A stretch of 64,000 nt of DNA from Psammoneis japonica (taxonomy: Eukaryota), in contig QPGO01000006.1 in assembly GCA_008632985.1 (NCBI GenBank), positions 803,138-867,137 on the forward strand. The letters run 5' to 3'. Below are positions 60,431 through 64,000 of this stretch, one piece after another. The notes beneath the pieces are model-generated. The model searched no databases and was not told the origin of the DNA. It saw only the letters and a program-made list of their open reading frames with translations. Both the position numbers and the translations under genes were made by a program. The first letter of the stretch is position 1. The number at the start of each line of letters is the position of its first letter.

Positions 60431-60949
60431 GTGGTGCAAGACCCATCGTTGTGCGTCAGACATTGAAAACAAGTTTGTTTGATGCCTTGCAACTGCCGAT
60501 GAGTGAATTTTTGAAAGTGTGCAGCCGTCAAAATGAAGCCAAGCTATTTTTATCATGGGAAGAATGGAGCTCTGCTGGAGGCAGTTCAACACCAGATCAC
60601 GTGGAACCCCACTTGCTTCAGTGTCAGCATTCACCCAGTCATGCACAAGAGCAGGACATGCAGTGTTGCGCACCCTGTTTTTCTGACAACATGTGGCATC
60701 AATGATTGTGTCAGACATTAAAGGGAGCTGTTGCAATGGGCTTTGCCAATTTTCTTTGCTGATTGCAACCTCTTGTTCCCTTGGCCTTCTCTCACAGCTT
60801 TGTTGTCACTGACATCTTTGTCTTGTTTGACCTTGCAGGGCATGAGCAAAATGTCCGAGAGACATTGTTTGGACATTGCATGTCTGTGCAGTGATCTTAA
60901 ACAACCAGGCACAACTGGCTGGGCATGAACAACTGAAATGACCAAACTC

Positions 60950-63460
60950 AGTCATTTTTGGGACTGCATCACTTGGAGTCAAAGGCAGAGTCCTCGGAGA
61001 GGATGGCAGCGCAATTGCATTTCACTCTTTGTGATGAGTGAACCGTTGAAGGAACCGTGCATTGACCATGAGGCAAAGTTTGAGCATTCTGATTTGGAAA
61101 GTGCAAAATTGACTCAATTGCATGATGATGGCAGCACTCACATTAAAAAGTGTCCACATTTTGATGGAACTCATGGCATTGAAGCATTGTCATTTGTTGA
61201 ACATCGTTTTTGTAAAATTGCTGCTAAATTGGAGCATGCTGCTGGAGAGGAGTTGTTTGACAATTTTGAAGAAGCATTGGCTGACACAGTGGAAGACAAA
61301 TGGCGATTTTGACTGACAGCATTGTTGATGCTGACAAAATTGTTGCACGATTTGATTGAGAGATGAGCCATTTTCACTTGTCTCATTGTGACAATGAAGC
61401 ACGTGATGCAATGATTGAACCCTTTCCAACCTTGAAAAAAACATTTAAATCTGAAGTGCAGGCACATGCGGATTGCATGGAGACCTTGATTCAACATGCT
61501 GACAAGCCACCTGGAAACAATCCTCAAGTCAATGATGCCCAGAAGAAGAACATGATTTTTGACAGCTTCCCTTGTCTGTGGCACAAGATGTGTGCTCGAG
61601 TGTGATGTGCAACAGCCACTGACAGTCTTGCCAAGATCATCAGCTGCATGAACGATGAACAATCTTTTGCAGACAAAAGTGGCAACAAGAAACAAGAGAA
61701 GAAATGCAAAATAATTCCACCTTGTCTCAAGCTTCAAGGTGCAGCCGTGGCAACAGCACTTGAGTGGAACCCAAGGCCAAGTGTCCGGCACACCCCAGCC
61801 ATGATCACAAGTGGAAAGATTGCATTTTGAATCCAGAGAGCCAAAGCTGTCAACCAAGGACGGACCATGGAGGTTGTGGCAGAGGTCAAGGTGGAGGCCG
61901 TGGGAACTGTCAAGGATGAGGATCACAAGGCAGAGGAGGTCAAGGTGACTTCCAATGTCAGGGACATGGCAACTGCAGCAAATGCAGCAACCATGGAGAT
62001 TGTGGTTGTGGAAATTGTGGTGGTTCCCAGAATTCTCATGGAGGTGCATCCCGCCATTGTTTGAATCAAAATGGCACCCAAGCCAACAATGATGCGCAAG
62101 GCCATGGAAATCTGGCTGGATCAGCTCCTCCTGGTGGCTGGCAAATGGAGTTGCACCATTTTGATCAAGGAGGGCCTCATGAGATGCAAGGTGGAAATGG
62201 GTGCAATCAAGGCAGTCGTTTTCCACAAAGCCAACAAAGTTGGTGCAACTGATGTGGGACGGAAGTGCCCAAGTCAGAGTGTGTCACTCAATCTTTTCAT
62301 GTTTTGTGTGATTGTGAAAATTGTTTGTGTTTTAATGTGGATGAAAGTGTTGGAAACCTGATGGAGTCCTGTGCTGTGAATGACAAGAATTGGGCGGCAC
62401 TTTGGAGTGTGCCATGCCAACCCCAAAAACTGCAACTCCCAAACCAATGAATGTGGTGCCTGCAACGTTGATGGCTTTGCGCACAATTCAGAATCAAGAG
62501 AGTGAGCAACAAGTGTTGTGAGCACTTTTAGATTCTGGAGGCACTGCTGACACCCTTGTGCATTCTCAAGTTTCACCCAAGGGAGCCAATCCAATGGCAA
62601 ATGACAAGGGATGAATGAGTTTCGAGACTGCAGCTGGATGGCATGAATCATCCCGGCATGTTGTCATGAAGGATCTGGTGCTTCCTGATTTTGATAAATC
62701 CAAACAAGTGGATGGTGTTGTTGCGCAAGTTTTGATTCTTCCTGCAAGTGCAACATGACATTGGGTCAAGATTTTCTTGCCAAAGCTGGGACAGTGCTTG
62801 ATTTCTGATTTGACATTACAAAGTGGTCAGATGCATCAATCCCAATGAAGCAGTCTAATCATTGGAACAAGGTGCAGAGCTGGTTGGAGACACTTGATGA
62901 CCACGAGGAAAGTGATGAGTCTGAAGGAGATTTGCAGGTTGAAAGTTGCATGTTGGATGCCAAGCATGAAAAGGTTTCAACAGGAAAAGCAGCTCAAGCT
63001 CAAACGCATTTGACCATGGAACAATGTAGCCAATTGCAGGCCGTGCTTGAAAAGCATGAAACTCTTTTTGATGGCACACTCGGCAAGTGTCCGCATGAGA
63101 CAGTCCATTTGGAAGTTGATCCCAATGCTGTTCCCTTTCATTCTAAAGCCCGTGAAGTGTCAAAGAATGATGAGGAAGTTTTTAAAAGGGAGTTGAAGCC
63201 TCTCTGAGACATTGGAGTTTAAGAACAAGTGGATCCAATGGAGTGGGCAGCTGGAACGTTTGTCACTCCCAAGAAGGATGGACGAGTGCAACGGGTGTCC
63301 AATTTTTGAGGACTTAACAAGGTCCTTCGACACAAGGTCTGCCCCTTGCCTGTTGTTCAAGATGTGATTCATTGATGCTCAGGGTGCAAATTTCTAACCA
63401 AGCTGGACCCCACAATGTTTCACTGCCATGTTGAACTTGACGAGGAATCCAAGGACCAAG
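60950..63460 (+). mobile_element. Degenerate Ty3/Gypsy LTR retrotransposon (gag - protease - truncated RT)
   Basis: Gag-like CPHFDGTHGIEAL..EELFDNFEEAL. Protease ALLDSGG (62522-62542) and NMTLGQDFL..G.VLDF. RT N-terminus LEKHETLFDGTLGK, WAAGTFVTPKKDGRV..VSNF*GLNK..CPLP..QD, KFLTKLD...ELDEESKD. It breaks off before YxDD. Confidence 0.85.
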
Positions 63461-64000
63461 GAAGAAATGAGAGCCACCCAGCAGCAAGAGAGCTGCTTCC
63501 AGCTCAGTTTGGTTTTCCCCATTTGGGGATTCCCCAAAATGGCCAGGGCAAGAGGGGGGTTACATTCCCCTTCTGGGGAATTCCCGGGAAATGAGGGCAA
63601 TTTTGAGGGAAAGAATGTCTGAAAGAGGTCAGGGGAGGGGAACAAAAAACGAGTGGAATCCGGCAATTCTGAATTGATTTGGCTCAGGCGCAAGTGCTTT
63701 TTTTATCTTCTGCGGTCGATCGAACTTACACAGCAGCTCTAGAGTGGCGGAGCAGAGAACTTCATTCACACGGCACTCCAGGCTGTTGCCATTGCACTGT
63801 AGATTAATCTACTTCGCTGCTGCCACTGCTGTTGATGCCACTGCTGTTTTCCATCTCCTCCACATTGACAGAGGCTGGCTTCAAGGTTCTTTGTTGGATC
63901 ATCTCAACCAAGCATTCATTGATCATCCATGGCTCCAAGGCTGCATCATCAATGCCATCATAATTCGGAGGCATTCCAAGGACACACCACCCACCACTTC

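Larger units (their letters stand above)
47280..64000. other. Hypermutated CpG/TpA-depleted domain D6 (LINE, gene debris, Gypsy)
   Basis: More than 16 kb with both dinucleotides depleted. It runs to the window end. Confidence 0.9.

Noticed and set aside
63495..63600. ttcccc...gggga(a) hairpins after the Gypsy RT break
   Set aside because: They could be an element terminus, but they are short and have no partner in the window.
47280..64000. Foreign DNA, an endogenous virus or an alternative genetic code explaining the odd composition
   Set aside because: The domain contains a mutated copy of a neighbouring host gene and broken TE ORFs, so the composition was acquired in place.

Overview
Eukaryotic nuclear DNA, most likely from a diatom or a related photosynthetic stramenopile. 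The clues are compact genes with short GT-AG introns, bipartite plastid-type presequences and diatom-type Copia, Gypsy and LINE relics. The window alternates between two sharply different kinds of DNA. (i) Ordinary gene-rich blocks encode a SET-domain protein, a catalase-fold protein, a Chorein-N/ATG2-like protein with a partial duplicate, an ankyrin + HET-like protein, an LssY-like protein, an EDR2/DUF1336 protein, two 2OG-Fe(II) oxygenases, PP2A B'', RCE1, TM9SF and a sulfotransferase-like protein. (ii) Six domains covering roughly half the window (~1260-3850, 6300-7460, 10880-12640, 23330-32940, 44720-45830, 47280-64000) have lost nearly all CpG and also nearly all TpA, in favour of TpG/CpA. 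Two duplications inside the window give the direction of change: CG->TG/CA and, unexpectedly, TA->TG/CA (A:T->G:C, mostly TAY->TGY). The process hits transposons and gene copies inside these domains, spreads a short way into flanks, and spares near-identical duplicates outside them. It looks like a domain-targeted dual hypermutation system that runs opposite to fungal RIP at TpA. The responsible enzyme is not visible in this window. Single-base frameshifts in several conserved genes suggest indel errors in the assembly. All family assignments come from motif recognition by eye, not from database searches.
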